The notes under the pieces were generated by a model, which worked only from the letters and a program-made list of their open reading frames with translations, had not been told where the DNA came from and did not search any database. From contig NC_057720.1 in the NCBI RefSeq assembly GCF_004010195.1, positions 16,310,478 to 16,374,477 on the forward strand: a stretch of DNA of 64,000 nt, written 5' to 3'. Position 1 is the first letter of the stretch. Each line of letters starts with the position of its first letter. Positions 52,901 through 64,000 of this stretch are shown here, piece after piece. The position numbers and the translations under genes were made by a program. The stretch comes from Chiloscyllium plagiosum (lineage: Eukaryota).

Positions 52901-55039
52901 CAGTCATATATTTAAAATTCTAACAATATCGCGGTCCTGCTGACTCCCGGTGTTAGCTTATGTTGTGGTCAACACATTGTCAACGGAGTAAACTTACACA
53001 AGCGATGAATCAGGAAATTGGCACAAAAAGAAAATTCTGGCGCAGGGGGATTTTGCATGGAGCAAGTCTTTTCAAAGGCGTCATTATCAGACAGATAGAA
53101 AGGTGGACGAGGAAAGGGAACTTTCCAAATGCTAAGTTCGCCAAGTGTTCAATTAGGACGAGGGGAAAGAATTGAAGAAAAGCTGCAGGTCCCTGGTGAC
53201 AGGTAGTAAGTAGGATATATAACAGGTGACAAGTCCCAGGATGATCATGAAATTTACACGGGTTGTCAGCTCGGATCTTTCGAATGGGCGGCCGGGGCCC
53301 CAGTCAAACAGCCTAGCATTAATCGCAAACCATTATAGTCCAAAAAAAAACACAGGCGCCGCCGAGCACACGGCAATTTGTTTCATTTTAACTGCCTTCA
53401 GTTGCCAACTGGTAATTACAAACAAGAGTTTGGAAACGTGACTGAGCAGGATTGTTTACAGCGGACCAAACATTGACAGAACGGATTGAGGAGGGAAATA
53501 TAATGAGACGAATACAGTAACAAGAGAGCGTTTTGTTGAGCTATTCATATTTTAATGACACACTGGATATGCAAAGCGATGGCAGGTGCTGGAACTATCC
53601 AGGGTCCTGTTTTCAAATAAAGATCACCTTTTTTTTCCAATAGCACAATTCTGGAAGCAAGGCGCCGTTACAGCCCGTCCTCTCTCTGTCCAAACAGTCA
53701 TTATAAACACGTTTGTTGACGACGGTGGCTATTTCTTAAAAGTAGCCAATTAACAAGAGTGCACACAGAACTTATGTCCCGCCTTTGAGTTTAAATCAAA
53801 AAGTTACAAACTCAATAAATGATTCGACAAAAGTGCCTGACTGAGAAAACATATACTCAGGAAAAAAAACTCGCAATCTCAGGCTTTCAATTCCGCATCA
53901 TTTTGCTGACAGCAGTTTTAAAAAAATATAAGAGCGCATGAATTGGTGTAAGGATGGCCCGCTTACAAGCACGGTGTGAAAAAAAAGTGTCATTAAAAGA
54001 GCATTAATTCACGATTCTTTTACATGCAAACAATTTCTGGGTAATAGAAAATGTAAACATTGCGAATATGAAACAGGAAGTCCGAGCTTTTGGTCAGAAA
54101 ATAAACTCGAGAAAGTCAATTTTGTAAAAAGGAAGGCGATCAGTGAGTGTATTATTTATATACTCGTATTTGGTTATTTTATTGAACAATGATATTATTT
54201 ACCAAGTTAGCTGGGACGGCCAGGTATCAGACACAACTGTGAATGATACTGAGGCAATAACCTTTCAACTGAAATAAAGGAGAAAATAAAACTGGGAGCA
54301 GTCGGTTCAGATAAATGTCGCAGGCACTTGTCTGGTTGCTCACACATAAACCCTGTGGCCGGTGTAAGCTTGGATTGTAAAGAGCGAAGTGGAGTGTGTA
54401 CCATTTACTGACGGCGAGACTGCACTCTGCTATACAGCGTGTCTTTAGTAAGAATCAGAGCAGCCACTGAAAAAAATCCAGCTCCACCATCCCCAGCGTC
54501 CGGAATGAATGTCAATTACGAAGAATATATATATATATATATATATTTGCCGCGTCTCGTGTTTACTGTTTCAAACCATGACAAAGAAACTGTTGCAGGG
54601 TCCCATTCCATCCGGAAAATTCGGCCAAATTAAACCACTGAAACTACTCTGATAAAAAAAAGCTCTTTGTAGTGTTTTTTTTTGACAGTGAATACGTGCT
54701 GTTTATTTCGAATATATATATTTAAAACCCCTAAGTATGATCCTCTTTTTAAAGCAACGCTGCTTAAATTTCTAATGCTGAGGAACGTCGCTAAAGGTAT
54801 ATTCAAATAGGTATTCAGCACATGGTGAAATGTTTGACATTTTGCTCAGTGAAAAATGCTTTTATTAGTTCTCTAACTGTGGAATGTTGTGCAGATCTTG
54901 TAAACGCAGAAATCCGGGACATTTCAATTCACTCCTAAGCCGGGTAGCATGAGAGGATTCTTTTAAGATTGACACTATATACAAGGAGGAACTCGACAAT
55001 AAAACAAGCTGGTTGTCTCAAAAGCTGTGTGTGATTTTT

Positions 55040-55400
55040 GTGAAGTGAGGACTGCGCCTGTTAGCTTCACATCCACGGGCTCTTTAATGTGTCAGGCGTT
55101 TTCTTCCGAGTTGTCTCTGCTGCCCAGGCTGCTTTCTCTGACTGCCTTTCACCGTGAGCAGCAGCAGCAGCAATGATTTCAGCTTCCTTCGCCGGGCCTC
55201 GCCCCTCCCTCGCTCCGCTAATCCCCTCCTGCTCGGCTGCATTCACAACAAAGGGCAAAGTAACGCCGAGGTCGTGTTGAGGGTTCCTATTTCCCGCCGC
55301 CACGCCAGAGACGATGGACCAGCTCCTCTTGCACCGAACCGTCTTCATGTGCCATAAACTATCCCAGCTGCAGAAAGTGGGCCGATCAGGCTGCCTGCCT
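55040..55400. promoter_or_regulatory. GC/CpG-rich island-like element (candidate enhancer or promoter)
   Basis: The most GC- and CpG-rich unique sequence in the window. Contains a (CAG)5 run, CTAATCC and ACAAAG motifs, and no credible ORF. Confidence 0.45.
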
Positions 55401-57067
55401 CTTAAATAATGTACTTAACATCGATTAAAAGCTTCCAAACAAAAGCGATCATTGTTTTCCAAAATGTCCATTGAGGCGTTCCCATTTATTTGATGTCATG
55501 AAAACGACCCCATTAAGAATATTACCAATTATGAACATTACAATCGCATGTGCATAATGTACCAAAATAAAGACAGAAAAATGTTGGCTGCGATTTGTTC
55601 TGCTCCCTGCTCACTCCAGCTTCACACAGAGTGATGTTTGGGGAACAACTTCTTCCATATGCACTGAACGGGAACACGAGATGGTCCAGCTATAAACCCC
55701 CAGAAGTCACACTAATTCCCAATGAAACGATTATTTTGGAAACGAGTTGAAAGCCTTTTGCTGAAAGATTCTGACCTTATGATCTGTGGTTAATGATATG
55801 TGGATTGTAGTGTATAAGGTTAAAATGTAACCTTAGTTGGGAGGTGAGTGCGAGAAAGCACACAGGTATTTGAAAATAAAAAAAAAAGTTTTCATTCACT
55901 TCCCTGAATCTCATTCTAAAGTTATCGGTTTGATTTCGTGAATGCTTTTGTTTAATTCTGATTATGGACAGACTACATAAGATTTTTGAGGGGAGTTGTG
56001 GGGTAAATATTTGGTATTGTGGTGGAGAAAATGAGAAGGTAGACTTTTCAACCGGTTTCGCTAATAACAGTTCTGCTTCATGTTAACTATTTCCATTAAC
56101 AGCGACGATAAAAACTGTCCTTCAGTTTCTGCTGCACCAGTTCAGTCCTAAATAATGTTATCATTGACACCTAGTTTTGCTGAAACATAATTAAGCACAG
56201 TGCTCCAAATGTCCCAACCAAGTCAAGATATTAAGTCAGATTATCAAGTATATAATTACCGTTGTTAAGCAGAATGAAAATATTCAGCATTTCCCTAATC
56301 GAGTTCTGACATTCTTAGAGTATAAACCAAAGTACACGAGAGTTCTGTTAAGTTTTGGAACATGTAGCTCAGTTTTATCTATTTCTCACTCATGTTCCAC
56401 GCACTGTCACAGCAAGCACACATGAAAAACTGACGCTGTGCATCGGTGACAAGATCTACATTTAACTTGAAAGGAAGGATAATCGTTCGTTAGGTTTCGA
56501 AAAGATTCGGAGTAGTGAACTGTTTGACGCCTTTGATATTTTAGCTATTTGTAGACGGGAAAGCTTATGTACATTACCACAATGTTCCCATCTGAGAAAT
56601 ATTCAGTAATAGCGATGGCATAGCAGTCGGGAATTAAAGTTTAGCATGACACATCCTATGTAGCCTATTGCCAATTTTCAGACAGATGACCTAACGGGGC
56701 CAAGATGGGCTATACAGTTTTGCGTTAGCATAAACCATACGGGTACAGTTTAAGAGTGAAAGTTCACTGGGACCTGGGGACTGGGCAGGTTATTCTGAAT
56801 GGGAGGAATTGCCGATCGGACTGGTCATTTAAATGATGTTATACCTTTAGTTTACATTTACCGTACGGATTCCCATTGTTTCTGGCGTCCTGTCGAATGC
56901 CCTTCACACTGCCCACAAGCTGAAGCCAATGTAATTTCTCATTTATTTTTTTAAAAGTCCATATTAATAATCAAAAGGCGGCTCAATGTGAGACTTTGAC
57001 AAACATGAGGTTAAACGTGATTATAACATCTGGTGTGTTTTTTGTTGTGTTCTAACAATCAAGAAGA

Positions 57068-57400
57068 AGGGTGAGGTGACCGAAGTCTTCAAGATATTAA
57101 CAGGAAAGACAAGGTAGATAAAGATAAACTATTTCCACTGGTTGAGGCTTCTAGATCTAGTGAGCATAGTCTGGGCATTAGGGCCAGACCATTTCGGAGA
57201 GATGTTGGGAAGCACTTCTACACAGAGTGCTGAATGTTTGGAACTCGCTTCCACAAACGGCAGTGGAGTGAAATGTTAATTTTAAATCGGAGAGGTAATT
57301 TTTTTTTGTTAAAGGCATGTGGCTCAAGGGCAGGCACATGGAGTTAGATCATAGCTCAGCCACGATTTTATTGAATGGTGGAATAAACTCGAAGGGTTGA
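57068..57400 (+). mobile_element. CR1 3' end
   Basis: gaagtcttcaagatatt..gaagcacttctacacagag..ctcagccacgattttattgaatgg. Confidence 0.8.
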
Positions 57401-57553
57401 CACACCTTCCCATAAGCTGCCAGCTCTTCTGTAGCACTACAACCGTGGCCATTCAACCCCTCAAGTCTGTTCGAACGTAGCCAGCTGTTCAGAAACCACC
57501 TTTGGAAGGTGAGCCGAGTGCTGACTTAGACTGGTTGGCTCAAGTTGTACTGA

Positions 57554-58038
57554 TTCTGGATTAGTGGCGCTGGAAGGGCACAGCAGTTCAGGCAGCATCC
57601 AAGGAGCAGCGAAATCGACGTTTCTGGCGAGTGGTAACCATCAGGAACTGGCTGGTAAATGGTGCAAAGGGGAAGGGGGTCTAAGTGAACGGACGGTTGG
57701 GGATGGGAGTGAGTGATGCTTCTATGGTTACAGGGGGCAAGGGGAAGTGCTTCTGCGGAGATTTCTCTCTTTCTCAGCGCCGCTTTTTCTCCCGGGGAGA
57801 TTCATTTCCATTGAGCTCAGTACAACTTGATTGCCCGAAACGTCGATTTCGCTGCTCCTCGGATGCTGCCTGACCTGCTGTGCTCTTCCAGCGCCACTAA
57901 TCCAGAATCTGGTTTCCAGCATCTGCAGTCATTGTTTTTACCTCCTTTATCAAGTTGTACTGAGTCGAGAGTGTGGTGCAGGAAAAGCACAGCAGGTCAG
58001 GCAGCATCCGGGGAACAGGAGAATCGACGTTTCGGGCA
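57554..58038. mobile_element. Composite of two PLE insertions at one target with captured inverted flank
   Basis: TCAAGTTGTACTGA occurs direct at 57540, 57950 and 58040 and once inverted at about 57817-57830. PLE repeats at 57552-57628 (-), 57831-57944 (+) and 57965-58038 (-). Confidence 0.9.
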
Positions 58039-60061
58039 ATCAAGTTGTACTGAGCTCAATGGAAATGAATCTCCGTCCAGGTACGGGTAAATCCTGACAG
58101 ATTATCGCGCACACTGCACGGGATAAGGACCCCCCCGGGAGAAAAAGCGGCGCTGAGAAAGAGAGAAATCTCCGCAGAAGCACTTCCCCTTGCCCCCTGT
58201 AACCATAGAAGCATCACTCACTCCCATCCCCAACCGTCCATTCACTTAGACCCCCTTCCCCTTTGCAGCATTTACCAGCCAGTTCCTGATGGTTACCACC
58301 CGCTACTGCGGAAGGAACTCAATCTAACATCTCTCTTCCATCTCTTGTCCAAAACCTTAAGTCTGTGTTCCTTAGTCTTTGGGGCATTGCACTGATTTGC
58401 AAGAACTGCGTAGGCTTTAAAAAGTGGAGTTGAGTCCGGGCCGAGATTAGATCCCACTAAATGGGAAACGGGTGTGCTGCTTTTGGCTGCAATAACTCCC
58501 GGGTTCGGCTGGGATCTGAGCAGACCATTCATGAAGGAACCCCTGACATCTGAAGTCAGCAAACTGTATTGCACATCCACCACAGGGCAATAACGTATCG
58601 GTTAGTCGATTCGAATGCAGCCCCCAAACAGAAAGATGTGTTTCGAGGAAATCGTACCCTGTTTTTTTTCTCCAGTTCACGCAGAAATTTGCTGTGTTCA
58701 CGATAAAAAGATAGGCTGCCGGGTTAATGTGAGTGAGCTGGATAGAAGTCAATGAACCGAGAAGCGGGGTGAGTTGGCCAAATGTATTGTTGCTGTCTGA
58801 GCTTTCTGAACGCCCGTTTCAACGCAGCACTTACACCACAGCTGACTACACTTACACCTTAGCGCTCAAATTATCAGCAACACTTCTGGGAGTACTTTGA
58901 TAACTTCAAACTCAGTGTAAAAGCATAAACCATTCATCTGGGAGAAAGGAAATGGTCTGTGGGTGAAGAGAGCGTGTTTGGGAGTGAGGTTTCCCTCATA
59001 TGGTAAGATTTCCCTTCACGCCCCGTCCCTCTGAGAATATCATCATCTTCCTTCGGTTTCTCAACCAGCTCCAATATCACCCGAATGGCTGCAACGAACA
59101 GTTCCTGAACCTCTTCAATAGCCCAGTGAACATTTGAAACGTCATTGACAGTCAGCATTAGCAGAGAGGAGACTGATTCACTTCCCCGTTGCAAACATCA
59201 ACATTTATCCAACAATGTAAATCCCTGTGAGAGAGGTGCTGCGGATTTTCCTAGTTCAACAACGTCTTCATGTTACACTGCTCTGAACAGCTATCAGTCA
59301 TTAATTTTAGTTGGACACAGTCCATCCCATATGTCTTTGCAAACAATTTCAGTTGATGTTAATGGACTATTGAGATGGCTAATCATTCCGTTTATCTCTG
59401 CTATTTATAAATTCCATGTCAAAATCAGATGAATCTTTTGAAATAACTATCTATTTTATACTCATTTCCTAACCCCCACCTTTGCTATTTGCTCATCCCA
59501 TCTAGTTTTCAGCCCCTGACTATTTTGTGTTCATAAATCTGAAGGACATCAGCTTTTGACCTGATATAGGCTGAAATAAATACCACTTAGCAGCAAAAAA
59601 ACTCCGTTTGAGCCCTTTATTTGAAACTAGGACCAGACACATCGTTGTTCTTTGATCTCCTGAACAATATCGCTTCGGTTTGTGTTTTTAATCCCGCCTC
59701 TCCACCGGGAATGTAAACAGTTATCACGGAACAAAAACTGTCACATCAGTCATTTTACTTTCTTCATAGGACAATAGAATGTAAGACTAGTATTCTTAAT
59801 AGTTCTTTAAAATGCAAATACTGTAAGGAAATGTAAACGTAGGCCTCAGCAACTCATTAGGAAGCAATTAAGTGCTTCCACTTAACTATCAGTGATAGTG
59901 ACTACAGCAAAGGCTGGTATGTGCTGGGAACCACAACTTACATGCAATGTATATAATTTAAACATTTCAATTACTACCACACTACTTTGTAATCTGCAAT
60001 TCTAAAATATGAATATAATGATACCCATGTGTCCATTAGTCTAGCACAGAGGGACTGATCT

Positions 60062-60178
60062 GGGCACTTATGGCAGAGTAGTAATGTCTCTATCTCTGAG
60101 CTATGAGGCCTATGTTTAAGTCCAACCTGTTCCAGGTGTTTAAAACATCTCTGAACAGATCAATTAGAAAATATCTCC
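60062..60178 (+). mobile_element. Short tRNA-derived SINE-like repeat
   Basis: Same unit as the 42.4-42.8 kb array, opposite strand. Confidence 0.65.
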
Positions 60179-60251
60179 AGGAACTGATTAAGTTATTGTG
60201 AAAAGATATCCTAATTTTGAGTTCAACATTTCACTTACACATACACTTAAT

Positions 60252-61149
60252 TATAGAGTAACACAGCTTGGGAACAGTCCAATTTGTCCATGCCTATGGG
60301 GTATCCCAACTGACCTAGTCCAATTTTCCTGCATTTGGCCCATATCACTCGAAACGCGTCCTATTCATGTAACTGTCCAAAAGACTTTCAAATGTTGTAA
60401 CAGTATCTTCATCTACCACTTCCTCTTATAGTTCATTCCATACACGTATCACCCTCTGCGTGAAAAATTTGTCCCTCAGATCTCTTTTAAATCTTTCCCT
60501 TCCCAGCTTAAACCTATGCCTCTAGGTGTGGAGTCCTTTATCCTTGGAAAAAATTGCCTTGGCTATTCACCCTATCCATGCCAGTAATGATTTTATAAAT
60601 TTCTAGAAGGTCATCCCTCAGCCTCTGACACTCCAGGGAAAACAGCCTCAGCCTATCCAGTCTGCCCATGTAACTCAAATCCTCTCATCCCAGTAACATC
60701 CTTGTAAGTTTTTTCTGTATCTCTTCTGGTTTAACAACATCCTTCCTACAGCAGGACAAAAAGAATTATACACAGTATTCTAAAAGTGGTCCCACCAATT
60801 TTTTGGACAGCCGCAGCATGATGTCCTAACTCTTGTACTCAATGCTCTTTCCAGTGAAGATAAGCATGCCAAAAGCCTTCTTCACCAGCCTATCCACATG
60901 CGACATCAATTTCAAGGAACTATGCACCTGCACCCTTAGGTTCCTCTGCTCAACAACATTTCCTCGGGTCTTATTCAATGACTGGGTAAATCCTGCCCTG
61001 GATCGTCTCACCAATATGGAACATCTCACATTTATCTAATTTGAACACTATCGGCCATTTCTAAGCCCATCAGCCAACGTGATCAAAATCTCATTGTACT
61101 CTGAGATAACCTTCTTCATTGCCCACTATTCCACCAACTTCTGTGTCAT
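60252..61149 (-). mobile_element. CR1 3' region running into a gap
   Basis: EQRNLRVQVHSSLK..VKKAFGML, and ttcattccatacacgtatcaccctctgcgtgaaaa. Confidence 0.9.
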
Positions 61150-61649
61150 NNNNNNNNNNNNNNNNNNNNNNNNNNNNNNNNNNNNNNNNNNNNNNNNNNN
61201 NNNNNNNNNNNNNNNNNNNNNNNNNNNNNNNNNNNNNNNNNNNNNNNNNNNNNNNNNNNNNNNNNNNNNNNNNNNNNNNNNNNNNNNNNNNNNNNNNNNN
61301 NNNNNNNNNNNNNNNNNNNNNNNNNNNNNNNNNNNNNNNNNNNNNNNNNNNNNNNNNNNNNNNNNNNNNNNNNNNNNNNNNNNNNNNNNNNNNNNNNNNN
61401 NNNNNNNNNNNNNNNNNNNNNNNNNNNNNNNNNNNNNNNNNNNNNNNNNNNNNNNNNNNNNNNNNNNNNNNNNNNNNNNNNNNNNNNNNNNNNNNNNNNN
61501 NNNNNNNNNNNNNNNNNNNNNNNNNNNNNNNNNNNNNNNNNNNNNNNNNNNNNNNNNNNNNNNNNNNNNNNNNNNNNNNNNNNNNNNNNNNNNNNNNNNN
61601 NNNNNNNNNNNNNNNNNNNNNNNNNNNNNNNNNNNNNNNNNNNNNNNNN
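61150..61649. other. Assembly gap (500 N)
   Basis: N run. Confidence 1.
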
Positions 61650-64000
61650 CCTGTCTAAAATGTCATGTCCTTTCCCCTGAATTCATAACAACGCTGGAAT
61701 CTCAACAAAACGCAGCCTGGCTATGCCATTGAAGATACACTGGAGAGACTCCCTTGAGCCCTGACCAATGAACACAGTTCTGTGGCTCATCAGGAGCGAT
61801 TTGAACACACCACGACTCTTCCAGTAGTGGGACTGAATTCAAGCTATCCTACAGTACAAACGGTGTGTGCAATGAATTCCTCAGTTTGAGAGCACCTTAA
61901 TGCAATTTTGAGTGCAATAGATTTCTTCTTGGTTGTATAAATCCGCCAATTTCTGTAAATATTTATCTTTCGCGAAGACAAAACTGATTGGGTGCTTTTG
62001 CACCGTCAGCTGGTTCCTGGAGCTCCCTTGGCCTATTGAAGGTTTTAGGTCAGAGGTGACAAAACCATGCGGCTTTTGGGGGGGAAGGGAACATCCTTTC
62101 GAGTGATTTTTGACATCAAGGTTCCGGCATTTAGCTGAACAACAGTTCGCAAATGATTACTGTCTGAAGTTTTCAAGGGTCTGCTAACAAACTACCTGAA
62201 ACGAACACCCGCCCCGTCATTGTGCCTGCGAGCAACCCCTCCCTGATCCCCATCAAATTCTTAAAAAAAGGCTCGTTTTAAAAGATCGGCCGAAGGGTCT
62301 CTCCTGCTGCCCGAGTGTGACACAGGAGGTGAATGGACTGAAACAGCTTTGCCGTATTGTTTGTACTTTGTTGGCACCAATAGATTATGTTGAACACAGT
62401 AATTAATTTTATTGCTAAGGTTCTCCTTAATCATGGTTAATGCATTTGCGGTTTGGCCATCACTTGGTATTTTGAATTTTTTACAGAAGAAAAAAAGTCA
62501 ATACAACTCTGCCGATAGGGAATATATTCACAATTTCCACTTCTTCCGAGAAACACACGTTCTGATTCCCAGTTTATAAAACAGACAAGGAGGCCGACTG
62601 GCGGCATTGCACAGAGAAGATAAACCATGTTAGAATTGTTTTGGAATTAAACTCATTGTCAACATGTTCGTTACTTACTTTGTCCCTAGGTGCAGTGAAT
62701 TTCATGGTTATTTGCAGCTAGGATCCTGGGTAGCGCGAAGTTACAGTAAAATATCCAGCAAATGTCCAGAGTCGGAGGTAAGTTTTAACAGGGCTACCGA
62801 AGGATCAGCCGATACTGCATTTCGCCCTACAATGAAAGGACAATGAAAGCCTTTAAGACGACTTGGTTCTGAAGGAGAAGTTGTCATGCAGGAACAAGTG
62901 ACCGTACATTGAATCGTTTTATTTCTTTTTTTGAGTCATCTAACAGTGGAACCGATTCACTGATATTTTGTTACCAAATGCTTGCAGAACAGTAAGTAAC
63001 CGAGTTTTAGACGGTGAAAAGGTTACAGGAGAATTTTTTAAAAAGCATAGCACGCTCGCCGTTTGTATCTTACGGATCACTTTGTAAAACTCCAGCACCC
63101 CGTGTACATTTGTAAAGCAACCCCAAGCATTACTTTAGAGAGACAGAGACACTTGCTTCCGTGTAAATGTCGAGCACCCTCTCGCGTCTAGCTGTGGATT
63201 TGCAGATCAGCCGGCGAATCCCGATGACAAAGAGAAAGCAGACTACATCTCAAAAAAGTGTTAGCAATCACCAAATGCTATAGTTATATATAAATAAAGC
63301 TATAGTTATCACGGGAGCAGAGCTGTGGTCAGTGGACCCGAGTTGTTTTATTACAGATTGGAGATGATTTGAAACGATAAGTTAGCACCCCTGCTGCGAT
63401 ATAAATTGACACCCCCAATTCTTACAGGAGAGATAGATATTTCTGCAATTAATCTTTCTGACTATGGTGCTGTAAACACACTATTTGTATATATAAATAA
63501 AACACTATTTCATACAGAATATATATGTGAATATCCCACTGAGCGCCAGATCTCTCATATATTTCATGGGCAGAAAAACCAGATCGAGTTAGTTCCTGGT
63601 GACTTTAAAATCTTAAACAGTCTGAGGAAATCTCGCTTCTCGTTTAAAACATGTGGATTCTGATTGTAACACAAGGTACTTCCTATTAGAAGCATCAAAA
63701 CCGGAATGTTAGAACGATTTTTCTTTTCAGGCGCACCCACTAACAGACATAAAATATAAATTCTACATTCCCTAACCTTCAAAACAAAAATATCATGTTT
63801 TGCTTGACCACTCATATTCATTGAAAGGAAAGATGGAAAACGAGGTCAGGGTTTTGCCTCTGGCGATGTGGGGCAGCTGTTTACTGACCAGCACCCTGTC
63901 ACACCTATCTCCACTTCTAAAGGCATGCTTTAGCGAGTAATTAAATACGAAATAATGGTCTCGCCAGAGGTGCTGCAGGAGCCAGATTCTAACACAAGAC

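Noticed and set aside
54524..54546. (TA)n run
   Set aside because: Simple microsatellite with no further signal.
57540..58054. Repeated 14-mer with spacers resembling a CRISPR array
   Set aside because: The context is vertebrate, the spacers are irregular and PLE-derived, and nested target duplications explain the pattern.
58934..59194. 86-aa minus-strand ORF with protein-like composition
   Set aside because: No recognisable domain or exon context, and the length is within chance expectation.

Overview
Eukaryotic, non-coding, AT-rich DNA. Its repeat content (HE1-like SINEs, HER1/CR1 LINEs, SacSINE1-like DeuSINE) points to a shark or other elasmobranch. I can support no intact host protein-coding gene: every ORF with recognisable protein similarity is a decayed transposon piece (CR1 ORF1 esterase and ORF2 endonuclease/RT, Penelope GIY-YIG, a possible Harbinger Myb/SANT remnant). 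The most notable system is a set of Penelope-like element (PLE) terminal repeats from at least 4 families. They carry minimal type I hammerhead ribozyme cores (CUGANGA...GAAA-CG-UC), often form palindromic head-to-head units, and have 6-16 bp target duplications. At three sites the PLE 5' junction is fused to an inverted copy of DNA from its own 3' flank, which suggests a fold-back or template-switch integration step that duplicates host DNA. Repeat-poor blocks resembling conserved enhancers (about 9.7-10.3, 22.2-22.5, 26.3-29.9 and 52.2-55.5 kb) and a CpG-rich domain from about 52.3 kb onward suggest the regulatory landscape of a developmental gene outside the window. There are three assembly gaps. 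Family names come from recalled consensus motifs, not database searches, and boundaries of old repeats are approximate.
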